Shown piece after piece: positions 50,792 to 62,073 of a stretch of DNA of 64,000 bases. The notes beneath the pieces are model-generated. The model worked only from the letters and a program-made list of their open reading frames with translations. It did no database searches and had not been told where the DNA came from. Origin of the DNA: Escherichia coli (GTDB lineage Bacteria; Pseudomonadota; Gammaproteobacteria; Enterobacterales; Enterobacteriaceae); NCBI RefSeq assembly GCF_024502345.1, contig NZ_JALDNN010000001.1; one strand, written 5' to 3'. How positions within the stretch are numbered: position 1 is the first letter of the stretch; each line of letters opens with the position of its first letter. The position numbers were made by a program, and so were the translations under genes.

Positions 50792-52217
50792 TGGCATTTG
50801 ATGATTTACGCAGCTTTTTACAGGCGCTTGATGACCACGGCCAGTTACTGAAAATCAGCGAAGAGGTGAACGCGGAACCGGATCTGGCTGCCGCTGCCAA
50901 CGCCACCGGGCGTATCGGCGATGGTGCACCGGCGCTGTGGTTTGATAATATTCGCGGTTTTACCGATGCCCGCGTGGCGATGAATACCATCGGTTCCTGG
51001 CAGAACCACGCGATTTCCCTCGGCCTGCCGCCAAACACTCCGGTCAAAAAGCAGATTGATGAGTTTATCCGCCGCTGGGATAACTTCCCGATTGCCCCGG
51101 AGCGCCGCGCCAATCCTGCCTGGGCGCAGAACACCGTTGATAGCGACGAGATTAACCTGTTCGATATCCTGCCGCTGTTTCGTTTAAACGATGGCGATGG
51201 CGGTTTCTATCTCGACAAAGCGTGCGTGGTTTCCCGCGATCCGCTCGACCCAGATAACTTCGGCAAGCAGAACGTCGGCATCTACCGCATGGAAGTGAAG
51301 GGCAAGCGTAAGCTCGGCCTGCAACCGGTGCCGATGCACGATATCGCCCTGCATCTGCATAAAGCAGAAGAGCGCGGTGAAGATCTGCCGATTGCGATCA
51401 CGCTCGGTAACGATCCGATCATCACGCTGATGGGGGCCACGCCGCTGAAATACGATCAGTCTGAGTATGAAATGGCAGGCGCGCTGCGTGAAAGCCCGTA
51501 CCCGATCGCCACCGCCCCGCTGACCGGTTTTGATGTGCCGTGGGGTTCAGAAGTGATCCTCGAAGGGGTCATCAAAAGCCGTAAACGCGAAATCGAGGGG
51601 CCGTTCGGTGAGTTTACCGGGCACTACTCCGGCGGGCGTAACATGACCGTGGTGCGTATCGATAAAGTCTCTTACCGCACCAGGCCGATTTTCGAATCGC
51701 TGTACCTCGGCATGCCGTGGACCGAAATCGACTACCTGATGGGGCCAGCCACCTGCGTACCGCTGTATCAACAACTGAAAGCCGAGTTCCCGGAAGTGCA
51801 GGCGGTAAACGCCATGTACACCCACGGCCTGCTGGCGATTATCTCCACCAAAAAACGCTACGGCGGCTTTGCCCGCGGGTGGGCCTGCGTGCGATGACCA
51901 CGCCGCACGGTCTGGGCTACGTAAAGATGGTGATTATGGTCGATGAAGACGTTGACCCGTTCAACCTGCCGCAGGTGATGTGGGCGCTCTCCTCGAAAGT
52001 GAACCCGGCAGGGGATTTGGTGCAGTTGCCGAATATGTCCGTGCTGGAACTCGACCCAGGCTCAAGCCCGGCAGGGATCACCGACAAGCTGATTATCGAC
52101 GCCACCACGCCTGTTGCCCCGGACAACCGTGGTCACTACAGCCAGCCGGTGGTGGATTTGCCGGAAACCAAAGCCTGGGCTGAAAAACTGACCACTATGC
52201 TGGCTGCACGTAAATAA
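50791..52217 (+). pseudogene. UbiD-family decarboxylase (subunit C) interrupted by a frameshift near 51874-51879
   Basis: Two overlapping track ORFs (50791-51897 and 51717-52217) in different frames together span about 475 codons; the frame switches between GGFAR and VGLRAMTTPHGLGYVKM. Confidence 0.7.
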
Positions 52218-52227
52218 GGAGAACAAG

Positions 52228-52464
52228 ATGATTTGTCCACGTTGTGCCGATGAACAGATTGAAGTGATGGTGAAATCGCCGGTGAAAGATGTCTGGACGG
52301 TATATCAGTGCCAGCATTGCCTTTATACCTGGCGCGATACCGAACCGCTACGCCGCACCAGTCGCGAACATTACCCGGAAGCGTTCCGCATGACGCAGAA
52401 AGATATTGATGATGCGCCAATGGTGCCGAGCATCCCGCCGCTGCTGGCGGAAGGTAAGCGCTAA
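52228..52464 (+). CDS. small zinc-ribbon protein (decarboxylase subunit D-like)
   Basis: 78-aa ORF with CPRC ... CQHC pairs; third gene of the UbiX/UbiD-like operon. Confidence 0.7.
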   Translation: MICPRCADEQIEVMVKSPVKDVWTVYQCQHCLYTWRDTEPLRRTSREHYPEAFRMTQKDIDDAPMVPSIPPLLAEGKR

Positions 52465-52466
52465 AT

Positions 52467-52498
52467 AAAAAGGTCCGATGCCCATCGGACCTTTTTAT
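52467..52498. terminator. bidirectional rho-independent terminator
   Basis: aaaaaggtccgatg-ccc-atcggacctttttt between convergent genes. Confidence 0.75.
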
Positions 52499-52503
52499 TA
52501 AGG

Positions 52504-53868
52504 TCAAATTACCGCCCATACGCACCAGGTAATTAAGAATCCGGTAAAACCGAGAATGGTCGTTAACACTGTCCAGGTTTTCAGACCGTCTGCTACCGAC
52601 AACCCCAGATATTTGGTCACAATCCAGAACCCTGAGTCATTAATATGTGACGCGCCAAGCCCACCAAAGCAGGCTGCCAGCGTCACCAATACGCACTGAA
52701 TCGGATTCAATCCCATCACCGCTTCTGAGAGTAACCCGCCGGTTGTCAGGATTGCTACGGTTGCTGACCCCTGCGATGCACGCAGCGCCAGTGAAATAAT
52801 AAATGCGGCTGGTAACAGAGGCAGGTCAATCATTTGTAGCATGTTGGCAAGGGCTTTGCCGACGCCCGATTCCACCAGCACTTTGCCAAATACCCCTCCA
52901 GCACCAGTAACCAAAATCACTACCGCCGCAGTGGGAAGGGCTGAGCCCATAATGTCGCTGGTGTGTTGTAAGCTCCAGCCGCGACGTAAAGCCAATAACC
53001 AGAATGCCAGCACCAGCGCAATCATTAGAGCTACCATTGGTGAGCCGATCAGCTGTAGCGTACCAAGCAGGGGATGCGAAGGCGGCATCAGTGTTGCGGA
53101 AACCGTACCCGCCATGATAATCGCGATAGGAATAACAATTAGCGAGGTGACCAGCGCGACGCCCGGTGGATTTATTTTATCGCTTAATTTTGTCGCGCCT
53201 TCCTCACTGGCCGGAGCCAGTTGCATCTGTTCCAGTACTTCCACCGACATCGCATATTGGCGTTTATTGATTATTTTCGCTGCAAAGTAGCCAACAACCC
53301 CTACGGGAATAGAAATCGCAATACCGATGATGGTTAGCCAGCCGATGTCTGCGTGGAGTAACCCCGCTGCGGCGACAGGGCCTGGATGCGGCGGTACCGC
53401 CACGTGAACAGTGAGCATGATCCCAGCGACAGGCAGGCCAAATTTGAGTGGCGATATTTTGGCTACCTTGGCAAAACCGTAAATGATTGGCGCAAGAATA
53501 ATAAAGCCGACATCAAAGAAGACGGGAATACCGAGGAAGAACGCTGCCAGAGTCAGCGCAGCGATAGTTCGTTTGTCACCTAACTTGCGACTGAAATAAT
53601 TAGCCAGTGATTCTGCACCACCAGAGTGTTCGATCATACGCCCCAGCATAGCGCCCAGACCAATAATAATAGTGACGGAACCAAGCACACCGCCCATCCC
53701 GGCGATCATCACTTTACCCACTTCGCCCGCCGGTATACCCGCCGCAAGTGCGACTAACAGGCTGACGAGGAGCAGAGCAACGAATGGTTGTACCTTTGCC
53801 TTGATGACCAGCAGCAACAGCATGATTACGCCAGCTAACGCAATGCATAACAATGTAATTGTGGACAT
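52504..53868 (-). CDS. ygbN: GntP-family permease
   Basis: 454-aa multi-pass membrane ORF. Confidence 0.85.
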   Translation of the reverse strand: MSTITLLCIALAGVIMLLLLVIKAKVQPFVALLLVSLLVALAAGIPAGEVGKVMIAGMGGVLGSVTIIIGLGAMLGRMIEHSGGAESLANYFSRKLGDKRTIAALTLAAFFLGIPVFFDVGFIILAPIIYGFAKVAKISPLKFGLPVAGIMLTVHVAVPPHPGPVAAAGLLHADIGWLTIIGIAISIPVGVVGYFAAKIINKRQYAMSVEVLEQMQLAPASEEGATKLSDKINPPGVALVTSLIVIPIAIIMAGTVSATLMPPSHPLLGTLQLIGSPMVALMIALVLAFWLLALRRGWSLQHTSDIMGSALPTAAVVILVTGAGGVFGKVLVESGVGKALANMLQMIDLPLLPAAFIISLALRASQGSATVAILTTGGLLSEAVMGLNPIQCVLVTLAACFGGLGASHINDSGFWIVTKYLGLSVADGLKTWTVLTTILGFTGFLITWCVWAVI

Positions 53869-53956
53869 GGGAAACCCTGTCTGAAAGTTATAGTTAACCT
53901 ACCCCATCCGTAGATGGGGGGATGTATGGGTACGTTGTAATTAGGGATTTAACGAA

Positions 53957-54733
53957 TTAGCGCCAGGCGTCAAACCAGCCAAGCCCTTCTTCGGTGAGGC
54001 CACGAGGTTTATATTCACAACCGATCCAGCCCTGATATCCCACCTCATCGAACAGGCGGAACAGCCACGGATAGTTGATTTCTCCATCGTCCGGTTCATG
54101 TCGATCAGGTAGTCCGGCAATTTGTACGTGCGCATATTTCCCAGCGTAGTCGCGGATTAAATGCGTCAGGTTGCCATCTACTTTTTGCGCATGAAAAGTA
54201 TCTAGTTGAATAAACACGTTATCTCGCGCAACCTCTTCAACAATAGCCAGTGCCTGATACTGGCTGGAGAAGAGATAATGAGGCTTAACGTCGGGGCTGA
54301 GTGCTTCAACTAATATTCGCTTGCCGTGTAGCGCAAAGCGGTCGGCCGCGTAGCGGAGATTATCGATAAATACTGCCCGGTACCGTTCAGCGTCTTCGCC
54401 AGCGGGCACGACGCCTGCCATCACATGGACTTGTTCACAATTGAGCGCCAATGCATATTCCAGTGCCAGGTCGATGTCTGCGTGTGCTTCGTGCTCACGT
54501 CCGGGAAGGGCGGATAATCCCCATTCCCCCGCATTAATATCTCCGGGAGCGGTATTGAACAGCGCCAGTGTCAGATGGTTTTGCTCCAGTTGCTTTTGGA
54601 TTTGCAGGGTGGAGTAGTCATAGGGAAACAGAAATTCCACAGCATCGAACCCGGCTTTTCGCGCTGCGGCGAAGCGTTCAATAAAAGGCACTTCGGTGAA
54701 CATCATGGATAAATTAGCTGCAAAACGAGGCAT
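53957..54733 (-). CDS. ygbM: hydroxypyruvate isomerase-family protein (xylose-isomerase-like TIM barrel)
   Basis: 258-aa ORF; family and position. Confidence 0.85.
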   Translation of the reverse strand: MPRFAANLSMMFTEVPFIERFAAARKAGFDAVEFLFPYDYSTLQIQKQLEQNHLTLALFNTAPGDINAGEWGLSALPGREHEAHADIDLALEYALALNCEQVHVMAGVVPAGEDAERYRAVFIDNLRYAADRFALHGKRILVEALSPDVKPHYLFSSQYQALAIVEEVARDNVFIQLDTFHAQKVDGNLTHLIRDYAGKYAHVQIAGLPDRHEPDDGEINYPWLFRLFDEVGYQGWIGCEYKPRGLTEEGLGWFDAWR

Positions 54734-54737
54734 TGCA

Positions 54738-55376
54738 TTAACTCCTTAATTCCGCAATTTCACCTGCGGTCAGATAACGGATCGGGCGGTCACCGAGAAT
54801 AAAAATCAGCTTTGCCGTTTCCTCCAGCTCTTCCATATTGTTGGCGGCTTCTTGCAGGCTTTCACCGCAAACCACTGGGCCATGATTTGCCAGTAAAAAA
54901 GCCTGATTGTCTGCTGCCAGTTCCGCCAGATCCTGTGCGATGCGTTTATCGCCCGGTCGGTAATAAGGCACCAGCGGGACATTTCCCATCCGCATCACCA
55001 CGTATGGTGTGAACGGACGAATAACGTTGCTGCTGTCCAGCCCTTGCAGGCAGGAAAGCGCCGTCGACCATGTGCTGTGCAAATGCACCACCGCTTTACA
55101 GCGCGGATTGTTGCGATACAGCGCCAGATGAAAGAGCACCTCTTTCGAGGGTTTGTCACCACTTAACCATTCGCCATCCGCGGCGACTTTGGAAAGCCGC
55201 TGCGGATCGAGATTGCCCAGGCATGAACCTGTCGGTGTCGCCAGTAAATTCCCGTCAGGTAAAAGCAGCGACAGATTGCCAGCCGAACCGGTTGCATAGC
55301 CGCGCTGAAAGAATGAACTGGCAATCCGCGTCATCTCCTCTCGCAAAGACTGCTCTACTTTTGCGAAATCGCTCAT
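54738..55376 (-). CDS. ygbL: class II aldolase/adducin-family protein
   Basis: 212-aa ORF. Confidence 0.85.
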   Translation of the reverse strand: MSDFAKVEQSLREEMTRIASSFFQRGYATGSAGNLSLLLPDGNLLATPTGSCLGNLDPQRLSKVAADGEWLSGDKPSKEVLFHLALYRNNPRCKAVVHLHSTWSTALSCLQGLDSSNVIRPFTPYVVMRMGNVPLVPYYRPGDKRIAQDLAELAADNQAFLLANHGPVVCGESLQEAANNMEELEETAKLIFILGDRPIRYLTAGEIAELRS

Positions 55377-56635
55377 GATAAAAACTCTCTTTGGGCTCGT
55401 GAAAAAAAGGCTTCATCACCGAAGTTGCCAGATTTAAGGGCGAGTGAGACAGGCTTATCCAGTGCGTTTACCCACGGCACGCCGGGGGAAATGGTTGGGC
55501 CAATATGAAACCCTTTTATGCCCAGGCTCTGTGTGACTACGCCGGAGGTCTCACCGCCTGCGACAATAAAGCGTGTCACGCCTTCCGCTGCTAACCGCGC
55601 CGCTAGTTGAGAAAACAGAGTTTCTACTGCCTGACTGGCTTTTTGTGCACCGTATTGCTGTTGAATTGCTGCCAATGCGTCAGTGCTGGCGGTGGCAAAA
55701 ACCAGTGGAGCAAGTACACTTTCCTGGCCCAGAACCCACTCTGCCAGTTCGTGTGCATAAGCGGCCAGAGTTTCGGTTGAGAGGCAGCGTGCCACATCAA
55801 CTTCACGGGCTGGTGCAATTTGACGGTAATGTGCCACCTGGCGGTTGGTCATTTGAGAGCATGAACCGGAGAGCACTACGCCGCGCCCAGCGAGCGGACG
55901 CCCTGCTTCGCGAGCCTGGTTACCGTTTTCTTGCGCCCACTGCCGGGCCAGGCCAATCGCCAGACCAGAACCGCCCGTTACCAGTGGGGCATCGCGCAAG
56001 GCTTCTCCCTGAATTTCCAGATGGTGTTCGGTCAGCGCATCAAGCACCGCGTAGCGGTAGCCTTCTTGCTGTAAGCGAGCCAGCTCTTGACGAACGGCAT
56101 CCACACCTTGTTCGAAAACATGTGCCGAAACGACGCCGCAGCGCCCTGTGGATTGCGCTTCAACCAGACGGGGAAGATAGCTGTCGGTCATGGGATTTAC
56201 CGGGTGATGGCGCATCCCGGATTCGGCCAGCAGTTGATTCATTACGAACAAATACCCCTGATAAACCGTACGTCCGTTGACCGGCAGGGCCGGAGAGAAG
56301 ACCGTAAACGGCGTGTCGAGAGCATCCATTAATGCATCGGTAACCGGGCCAATATTACCTTTCGCCGTACTGTCGAAAGTAGAGCAGTATTTGAAATAGA
56401 TCTGTTTGCAACCTTGCTGTTGCAACCAGCTCAGAGCCGCCAGCGATTGCTGTGTGGCTTCAACCACCGGACAGGAGCGCGTTTTCAGGCTGATCACCAG
56501 TGCGTCGATTGCTTCCGGCATTTTACCTGTTGGAACACCGTTAATTTGTACCGTTGGTAGACCGTTTTCCACCAGAAAACTGGCGATATCCGTCGCGCCG
56601 GTAAAATCATCGGCGATAACGCCAATCTTGATCAT
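55373..56635 (-). CDS. ygbK: four-carbon acid sugar kinase family protein
   Basis: 420-aa ORF with N-terminal IADDFTGATD motif. Confidence 0.8.
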   Translation of the reverse strand: MIKIGVIADDFTGATDIASFLVENGLPTVQINGVPTGKMPEAIDALVISLKTRSCPVVEATQQSLAALSWLQQQGCKQIYFKYCSTFDSTAKGNIGPVTDALMDALDTPFTVFSPALPVNGRTVYQGYLFVMNQLLAESGMRHHPVNPMTDSYLPRLVEAQSTGRCGVVSAHVFEQGVDAVRQELARLQQEGYRYAVLDALTEHHLEIQGEALRDAPLVTGGSGLAIGLARQWAQENGNQAREAGRPLAGRGVVLSGSCSQMTNRQVAHYRQIAPAREVDVARCLSTETLAAYAHELAEWVLGQESVLAPLVFATASTDALAAIQQQYGAQKASQAVETLFSQLAARLAAEGVTRFIVAGGETSGVVTQSLGIKGFHIGPTISPGVPWVNALDKPVSLALKSGNFGDEAFFSRAQREFLS

Positions 56636-57540
56636 GATTTCGCTCCCGGTAGAGTGATGCCAGAGAAAATCTTGATAACTGCGCTATCGTCTTCTTTCCC
56701 GTAACCCGCGTTACTGGCGCTGGTGAACATATTCAATGCTGTTGAGGCCAATGGCAGCGGGAAGTGCAGGGCTTTGGCTGTATCGGCAACCAGACCAAGA
56801 TCCTTAACAAAAATATCGACGGCTGAATGCGGGGTGTAATCGCCATCCACCACATGACGCATCCGGTTTTCGAACATCCAGGAATTTCCGGCGGCATTGG
56901 TCACGACGTCATACATCACATCCAGCGGGATCCCCGCACGGGCTGCAAGTGCCATCGCTTCGGCTCCGGCAGCAATATGTACGCCCGCTAACAACTGGTG
57001 AATAATTTTTACGGTCGAACCTAGTCCCGGTTCTGCACCTATGCGATAAACTTTTCCGGCAACGGCTTCCAGCACGGGTGCCAGTCGTTCAAAGGCAATA
57101 TCGCTACCGGAGGCCATGACAGTCATTTCACCGTTAGCGGCTTTTACTGCACCACCAGAAACTGGCGCATCCAGCATTTCCAGATCGAATCCAGCCAGAG
57201 CGGTAGCAATTTCTTGCGCATCAGCACTAGCGATAGTGGAAGAAACCATTACTGCCGTACCGGGTTTCAGATGTTGTGCAACGCCTGTTTCACCAAACAG
57301 CACCTGTTTAACCTGGGCCGCATTGACCACCAGCACCAGCAGAGCGTCCAGTTTTTCGGCAAACGTCGCGGCGTTATCAGAAACCCCGCAAGCACCTGCC
57401 TCTTTCAACGTAGCGCAGGCATTGCTGTTCAGGTCTGCGCCCCAGGTAGAAAGACCTGCGCGGACACATGACAGTGCTGCTCCCATTCCCATTGACCCTA
57501 AGCCAACGATACCGACATGAAACTCAGATCCCGTTTTCAT
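56632..57540 (-). CDS. ygbJ: NAD-dependent dehydrogenase (3-hydroxyisobutyrate dehydrogenase family)
   Basis: 302-aa ORF with Rossmann GLGSMG motif. Confidence 0.85.
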   Translation of the reverse strand: MKTGSEFHVGIVGLGSMGMGAALSCVRAGLSTWGADLNSNACATLKEAGACGVSDNAATFAEKLDALLVLVVNAAQVKQVLFGETGVAQHLKPGTAVMVSSTIASADAQEIATALAGFDLEMLDAPVSGGAVKAANGEMTVMASGSDIAFERLAPVLEAVAGKVYRIGAEPGLGSTVKIIHQLLAGVHIAAGAEAMALAARAGIPLDVMYDVVTNAAGNSWMFENRMRHVVDGDYTPHSAVDIFVKDLGLVADTAKALHFPLPLASTALNMFTSASNAGYGKEDDSAVIKIFSGITLPGAKS

Positions 57541-57705
57541 CTGCTCTCCTTGTTAATTTAAGTGATATTTTGTTTGATATTGTTAATATAAGCGCTGGAA
57601 GATAACGATATGGTGAGCTGATTCACATAAATTAACATTGTGTGTTATTTTATGTGAACTAAGCGTTAGTTGCGCCGCGCACGTTTCGCAGGCAAATAGC
57701 GTAGA

Positions 57706-58503
57706 ATGTCAGCAGGACAAAGGAAGGAGCAAAAGTTGATACCCGTAGAGCGTCGCCAAATCATCCTTGAGATGGTAGCTGAAAAAGGCATTGTCAGTAT
57801 TGCTGAACTAACGGACAGAATGAATGTGTCACATATGACCATTCGTCGGGATTTACAAAAACTGGAGCAGCAGGGAGCCGTTGTGCTGGTGTCCGGAGGC
57901 GTCCAGTCTCCGGGACGCGTGGCGCATGAACCTTCTCATCAGGTAAAAACTGCGCTGGCAATGACGCAAAAAGCGGCTATTGGCAAGCTGGCGGCAAGTC
58001 TTGTTCAGCCGGGAAGTTGTATCTATCTGGATGCGGGAACGACCACGTTAGCGATAGCACAGCATCTGATTCACATGGAGTCACTGACTGTGGTCACAAA
58101 CGATTTCGTTATTGCAGACTACTTGCTCGACAACAGTAATTGCACAATTATTCACACTGGCGGTGCAGTGTGTCGGGAAAACCGTTCCTGTGTCGGGGAA
58201 GCCGCTGCGACCATGCTGCGCAGCCTGATGATTGATCAGGCTTTTATTTCTGCATCGTCATGGAGTGTGCGGGGGATTTCTACGCCAGCGGAAGATAAAG
58301 TCACGGTGAAACGGGCGATTGCCAGTGCCAGCCGCCAGCGAGTTTTGGTCTGTGATGCGACGAAATATGGTCAGGTGGCGACATGGCTGGCGTTACCATT
58401 AAGCGAGTTTGATCAGATTATCACAGACGACGGTTTGCCGGAGAGTGCCAGTCGCGCGCTGGCGAAGCAGGATCTCTCTTTGCTGGTAGCGAAAAATGAA
58501 TAA
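57706..58503 (+). CDS. ygbI: DeoR-family transcriptional regulator
   Basis: HTH plus sugar-binding domain; true start may be the TTG at about 57736 (MIPVERRQ), preceded by aaggagc. Confidence 0.8.
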   Translation: MSAGQRKEQKLIPVERRQIILEMVAEKGIVSIAELTDRMNVSHMTIRRDLQKLEQQGAVVLVSGGVQSPGRVAHEPSHQVKTALAMTQKAAIGKLAASLVQPGSCIYLDAGTTTLAIAQHLIHMESLTVVTNDFVIADYLLDNSNCTIIHTGGAVCRENRSCVGEAAATMLRSLMIDQAFISASSWSVRGISTPAEDKVTVKRAIASASRQRVLVCDATKYGQVATWLALPLSEFDQIITDDGLPESASRALAKQDLSLLVAKNE

Positions 58504-58526
58504 TGGCCTGCAATAACATTTGGTTA

Positions 58527-58566
58527 CTCATGCTTCACAGAAGAAGCATGAGACTACTTTATTTTA
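58527..58566. terminator. hairpin between convergent ygbI and pphB
   Basis: ctcatgcttc-acagaa-gaagcatgag followed by a T-rich stretch. Confidence 0.45.
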
Positions 58567-59210
58567 TAAAATGACAGCCGCCCGCTTTTCGGCGTGCCGG
58601 TATCAATATAAATCTGGTTAGCGAACGTCTGAATGTTATCAAACATCATATGTCCAAATATAAAATAATCAGCGCCGTTTATTTGTTGTAACTCGCCATT
58701 AAGCGATTTCTGCACACGATCAACAGGCCAGAGTAATTCGCTCTCCGCTATTTCTTTACCAAAGAGATATTCACTCCCCGGATAATCTGCATGTGCGATG
58801 ACATATTTTATGTTGTCGTTAGTGATTTCAATAATATGTGGAAGGTGATGGAATTTCAGCAACAGATCTGTAGCTTCTTTTTGCTCTGAATCATTTAAAT
58901 CGAAAAACCAGTCACCACCGCTGGCAAGCCACATATTGCCATCGCCGGTCGCGAACGCATCCAGCGCCATTGCTTCGTGGTTGCCTTTAACGGAGATAAA
59001 CCAGGGCTGGTTTAGCAGGCGCAGGACGTCAAGACTCTCCGGCCCACGATCAATATTATCGCCGACAGAAATAAGTAAGTCGGTTTCAGGGCAAAAAGAG
59101 AGTTGATGTAAGCGGGATTGTAATAATTGATATTCACCATGAATATCACCAACGACCCATATATGGCGATAGTGATGGGCATTAATTTTTTGATAGCGTG
59201 TAGATGGCAT
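58554..59210 (-). CDS. pphB: serine/threonine protein phosphatase 2
   Basis: 218-aa ORF with metallophosphatase motifs GDIHG, GDNIDRG, GNHE. Confidence 0.9.
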   Translation of the reverse strand: MPSTRYQKINAHHYRHIWVVGDIHGEYQLLQSRLHQLSFCPETDLLISVGDNIDRGPESLDVLRLLNQPWFISVKGNHEAMALDAFATGDGNMWLASGGDWFFDLNDSEQKEATDLLLKFHHLPHIIEITNDNIKYVIAHADYPGSEYLFGKEIAESELLWPVDRVQKSLNGELQQINGADYFIFGHMMFDNIQTFANQIYIDTGTPKSGRLSFYKIK

Positions 59211-59315
59211 GGTTTTACCCTGTAAAATAAGCTTTCCTATTATACAGGGTGTTTTTATTTTATTCGTCAGTTGTCGTTAATATTCCCGATAGCAAAAGAC
59301 TATCGGGAATTGTTA

Positions 59316-61877
59316 TTACACCAGGCTCTTCAAGCGATAAATCCATTCCAGCGCCTGACGCGGAGTCAGTGAATCCGGGTCCAGGTTTTCCAGAGCTTCG
59401 ACCGCTGGCGAGGTTTCTTCCGGTACTGACAGCAAAGACATTTGCGTACCATCCACTTGCGTAGCGGCGGCGTTCGGCGAAATGCTTTCCAGCTCACGCA
59501 GTTTTTGCCGTGCGCGCTTAATCACCTCTTTTGGCACGCCTGCCAGAGCTGCAACCGCCAGGCCGTAGCTTTTGCTCGCCGCGCCATCCTGCACGCTATG
59601 CATAAAGGCAATGGTGTCTCCGTGCTCCAGCGCATCGAGATGCACGTTGGCGACGCCTTCCATTTTTTCCGGTAACTGGGTCAGCTCGAAATAGTGGGTA
59701 GCAAACAGCGTCAATGCCTTAATCTTATTCGCCAGATTTTCTGCGCACGCCCACGCCAGCGACAGACCATCGTAAGTGGACGTTCCACGCCCGATCTCAT
59801 CCATCAATACCAGACTGTACTCGGTGGCGTTATGTAAAATATTGGCGGTTTCGGTCATCTCCACCATAAAGGTTGAGCGCCCGGACGCCAGGTCATCTGC
59901 CGCGCCTACGCGGGTAAAGATGCGATCGATAGGTCCAATCTCGACTTTTTGTGCCGGTACATAGCTGCCGATGTAGGCCATCAGCGCAATCAGTGCGGTC
60001 TGGCGCATATAGGTACTTTTACCGCCCATGTTCGGACCGGTGATGATCAACATGCGGCGCTGCGGCGACAGATTCAGCGGGTTGGCGATAAATGGCTCAT
60101 TCAGTACTTGTTCAACTACCGGATGGCGACCTTCGGTAATGCGAATGCCCGGTTTATCAATGAAGGTCGGGCAGGTGTAGTTCAGGGTATAGGCCCGTTC
60201 CGCCAGGTTCACCAGCACGTCGAGTTCCGCCAGCGCGCTCGCGCTCTGTTGCAACGCTTCCAGATGCGGCAACAGCAGGTCGAACAACTCTTCATAAAGC
60301 TGTTTTTCCAGTGCCAGTGCTTTGCCTTTTGAGGTGAGAACTTTATCTTCGTACTCTTTTAGCTCTGGAATGATGTAGCGCTCGGCGTTTTTCAGCGTCT
60401 GGCGACGCATGTAGTTGATGGGTGCCAGATGGCTTTGCCCACGGCTGATTTGAATGTAGTAGCCGTGCACCGCATTAAAGCCAACTTTCAGCGTGTCCAG
60501 GCCGGTACGTTCACGCTCGCGGACTTCCAGACGCTCCAGATAATCGGTCGCGCCGTCAGCCAGCGCGCGCCACTCATCCAGCTCTTCGTTATAGCCCGAT
60601 GCGATAACACCACCGTCGCGTACCAGCACCGGCGGTGTGTCGATGATTGCTCGCTCCAGCAGATCGCGCAGCTCGGCAAACTCGCCCATCTTCTCACGTA
60701 GCGCCTGTACCGGTGCACTATCGACAGTTTCTAACTGCGCACGCAGCTCCGGCAGTTGCTGGAAAGCGTGGCTCATACGGGCCAGATCGCGTGGGCGAGC
60801 AGTTCGTAAAGCCAGACGTGCCAGAATACGTTCCAGGTCGCCGACCTGACGCAGTACCGGCTGTAGCCCGGCGGTGAAATCCTGCAATGCGCCAATAGTT
60901 TGCTGGCGCTCAAGCAACACGCGGGTATCGCGCACTGGCATATGCAGCCAGCGTTTCAGCATACGGCTGCCCATCGGCGTGACGGTGCAGTCGAGCACAG
61001 AAGCCAGCGTATTTTCCGCACCACTCGCCAGGTTCTGGGTGATTTCCAGATTACGACGCGTCGCGGCATCCATAATGATGCTGTCCTGCTCACGTTCCAT
61101 GGTGATGGAACGAATATGCGGCAGAGTCGTACGTTGGGTATCTTTCGCATACTGCAACAGACAACCGGCAGCACAAAGTCCGCGCGGCGCGTTCTCGACG
61201 CCAAAACCGACCAGATCGCGAGTGCCAAATTGTAGATTCAACTGCTGGCGCGCGGTGTCGATTTCAAACTCCCACAGCGGGCGACGGCGCAGGCCGCGAC
61301 GGCCTTCAATTAACGACATTTCAGCAAAATCTTCTGCATACAGCAGTTCCGCAGGATTAGTGCGTTGCAGTTCTGCCGCCATCGTTTCCCGGTCAGCCGG
61401 TTCGCTCAGGCGAAAACGACCGGAACTGATATCCAGCGTCGCGTAGCCGAAACCTTTGCTGTCCTGCCAGATAGCCGCCAGCAGGTTGTCCTGACGCTCC
61501 TGCAACAGGGCTTCATCGCTGATGGTGCCTGGCGTAACGATACGCACAACTTTGCGCTCAACCGGACCTTTGCTGGTCGCCGGATCGCCAATTTGTTCGC
61601 AGATGGCAACGGACTCGCCCTGATTCACCAGTTTGGCGAGGTAGTTTTCCACCGCATGGTAGGGAATCCCCGCCATCGGGATCGGCTCTCCCGCCGAAGC
61701 ACCGCGTTTGGTCAGTGAAATATCCAGCAGTTGCGACGCGCGTTTTGCGTCGTCATAAAACAGTTCATAAAAATCACCCATCCGGTAAAACAGCAGGATC
61801 TCGGGATGCTGGGCTTTCAGCTTGAGATACTGCTGCATCATGGGGGTGTGCGAGTCTAAATTTTCTATTATACTCAT
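59316..61877 (-). CDS. mutS: DNA mismatch repair protein MutS
   Basis: 853-aa ORF with Walker [10 protein letters not shown] and MutS domains. Confidence 0.97.
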   Translation of the reverse strand: MSIIENLDSHTPMMQQYLKLKAQHPEILLFYRMGDFYELFYDDAKRASQLLDISLTKRGASAGEPIPMAGIPYHAVENYLAKLVNQGESVAICEQIGDPATSKGPVERKVVRIVTPGTISDEALLQERQDNLLAAIWQDSKGFGYATLDISSGRFRLSEPADRETMAAELQRTNPAELLYAEDFAEMSLIEGRRGLRRRPLWEFEIDTARQQLNLQFGTRDLVGFGVENAPRGLCAAGCLLQYAKDTQRTTLPHIRSITMEREQDSIIMDAATRRNLEITQNLASGAENTLASVLDCTVTPMGSRMLKRWLHMPVRDTRVLLERQQTIGALQDFTAGLQPVLRQVGDLERILARLALRTARPRDLARMSHAFQQLPELRAQLETVDSAPVQALREKMGEFAELRDLLERAIIDTPPVLVRDGGVIASGYNEELDEWRALADGATDYLERLEVRERERTGLDTLKVGFNAVHGYYIQISRGQSHLAPINYMRRQTLKNAERYIIPELKEYEDKVLTSKGKALALEKQLYEELFDLLLPHLEALQQSASALAELDVLVNLAERAYTLNYTCPTFIDKPGIRITEGRHPVVEQVLNEPFIANPLNLSPQRRMLIITGPNMGGKSTYMRQTALIALMAYIGSYVPAQKVEIGPIDRIFTRVGAADDLASGRSTFMVEMTETANILHNATEYSLVLMDEIGRGTSTYDGLSLAWACAENLANKIKALTLFATHYFELTQLPEKMEGVANVHLDALEHGDTIAFMHSVQDGAASKSYGLAVAALAGVPKEVIKRARQKLRELESISPNAAATQVDGTQMSLLSVPEETSPAVEALENLDPDSLTPRQALEWIYRLKSLV

Positions 61878-62073
61878 CGGCTTGTGATGTCCATTCTCTT
61901 AATTTTTAATGAGTTAGTGGTTTTTATGGTTATCATTATGTTTCACGTTGTCTCATCGAATATCATGAAATCCTACATTTAAATGTAGGTTAAAGTGTAG
62001 CTTGCCAACCTATAGCTTGGTAAAATATGGGCACATACAGCACAACCTATATTTATGTTCATGACTGCATAAG

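Noticed and set aside
50574-51134. 186-aa minus-strand ORF opposite the UbiX/UbiD-like genes
   Set aside because: Antisense to a coherent operon; Arg/Ala-rich composition typical of a GC-rich wrong-frame translation.
61878-62073. Search for a tRNA or tmRNA gene as the integrase target
   Set aside because: No cloverleaf-compatible sequence or conserved T-loop (GTTCGAATC-type) seen; the interval is AT-rich promoter-like DNA.
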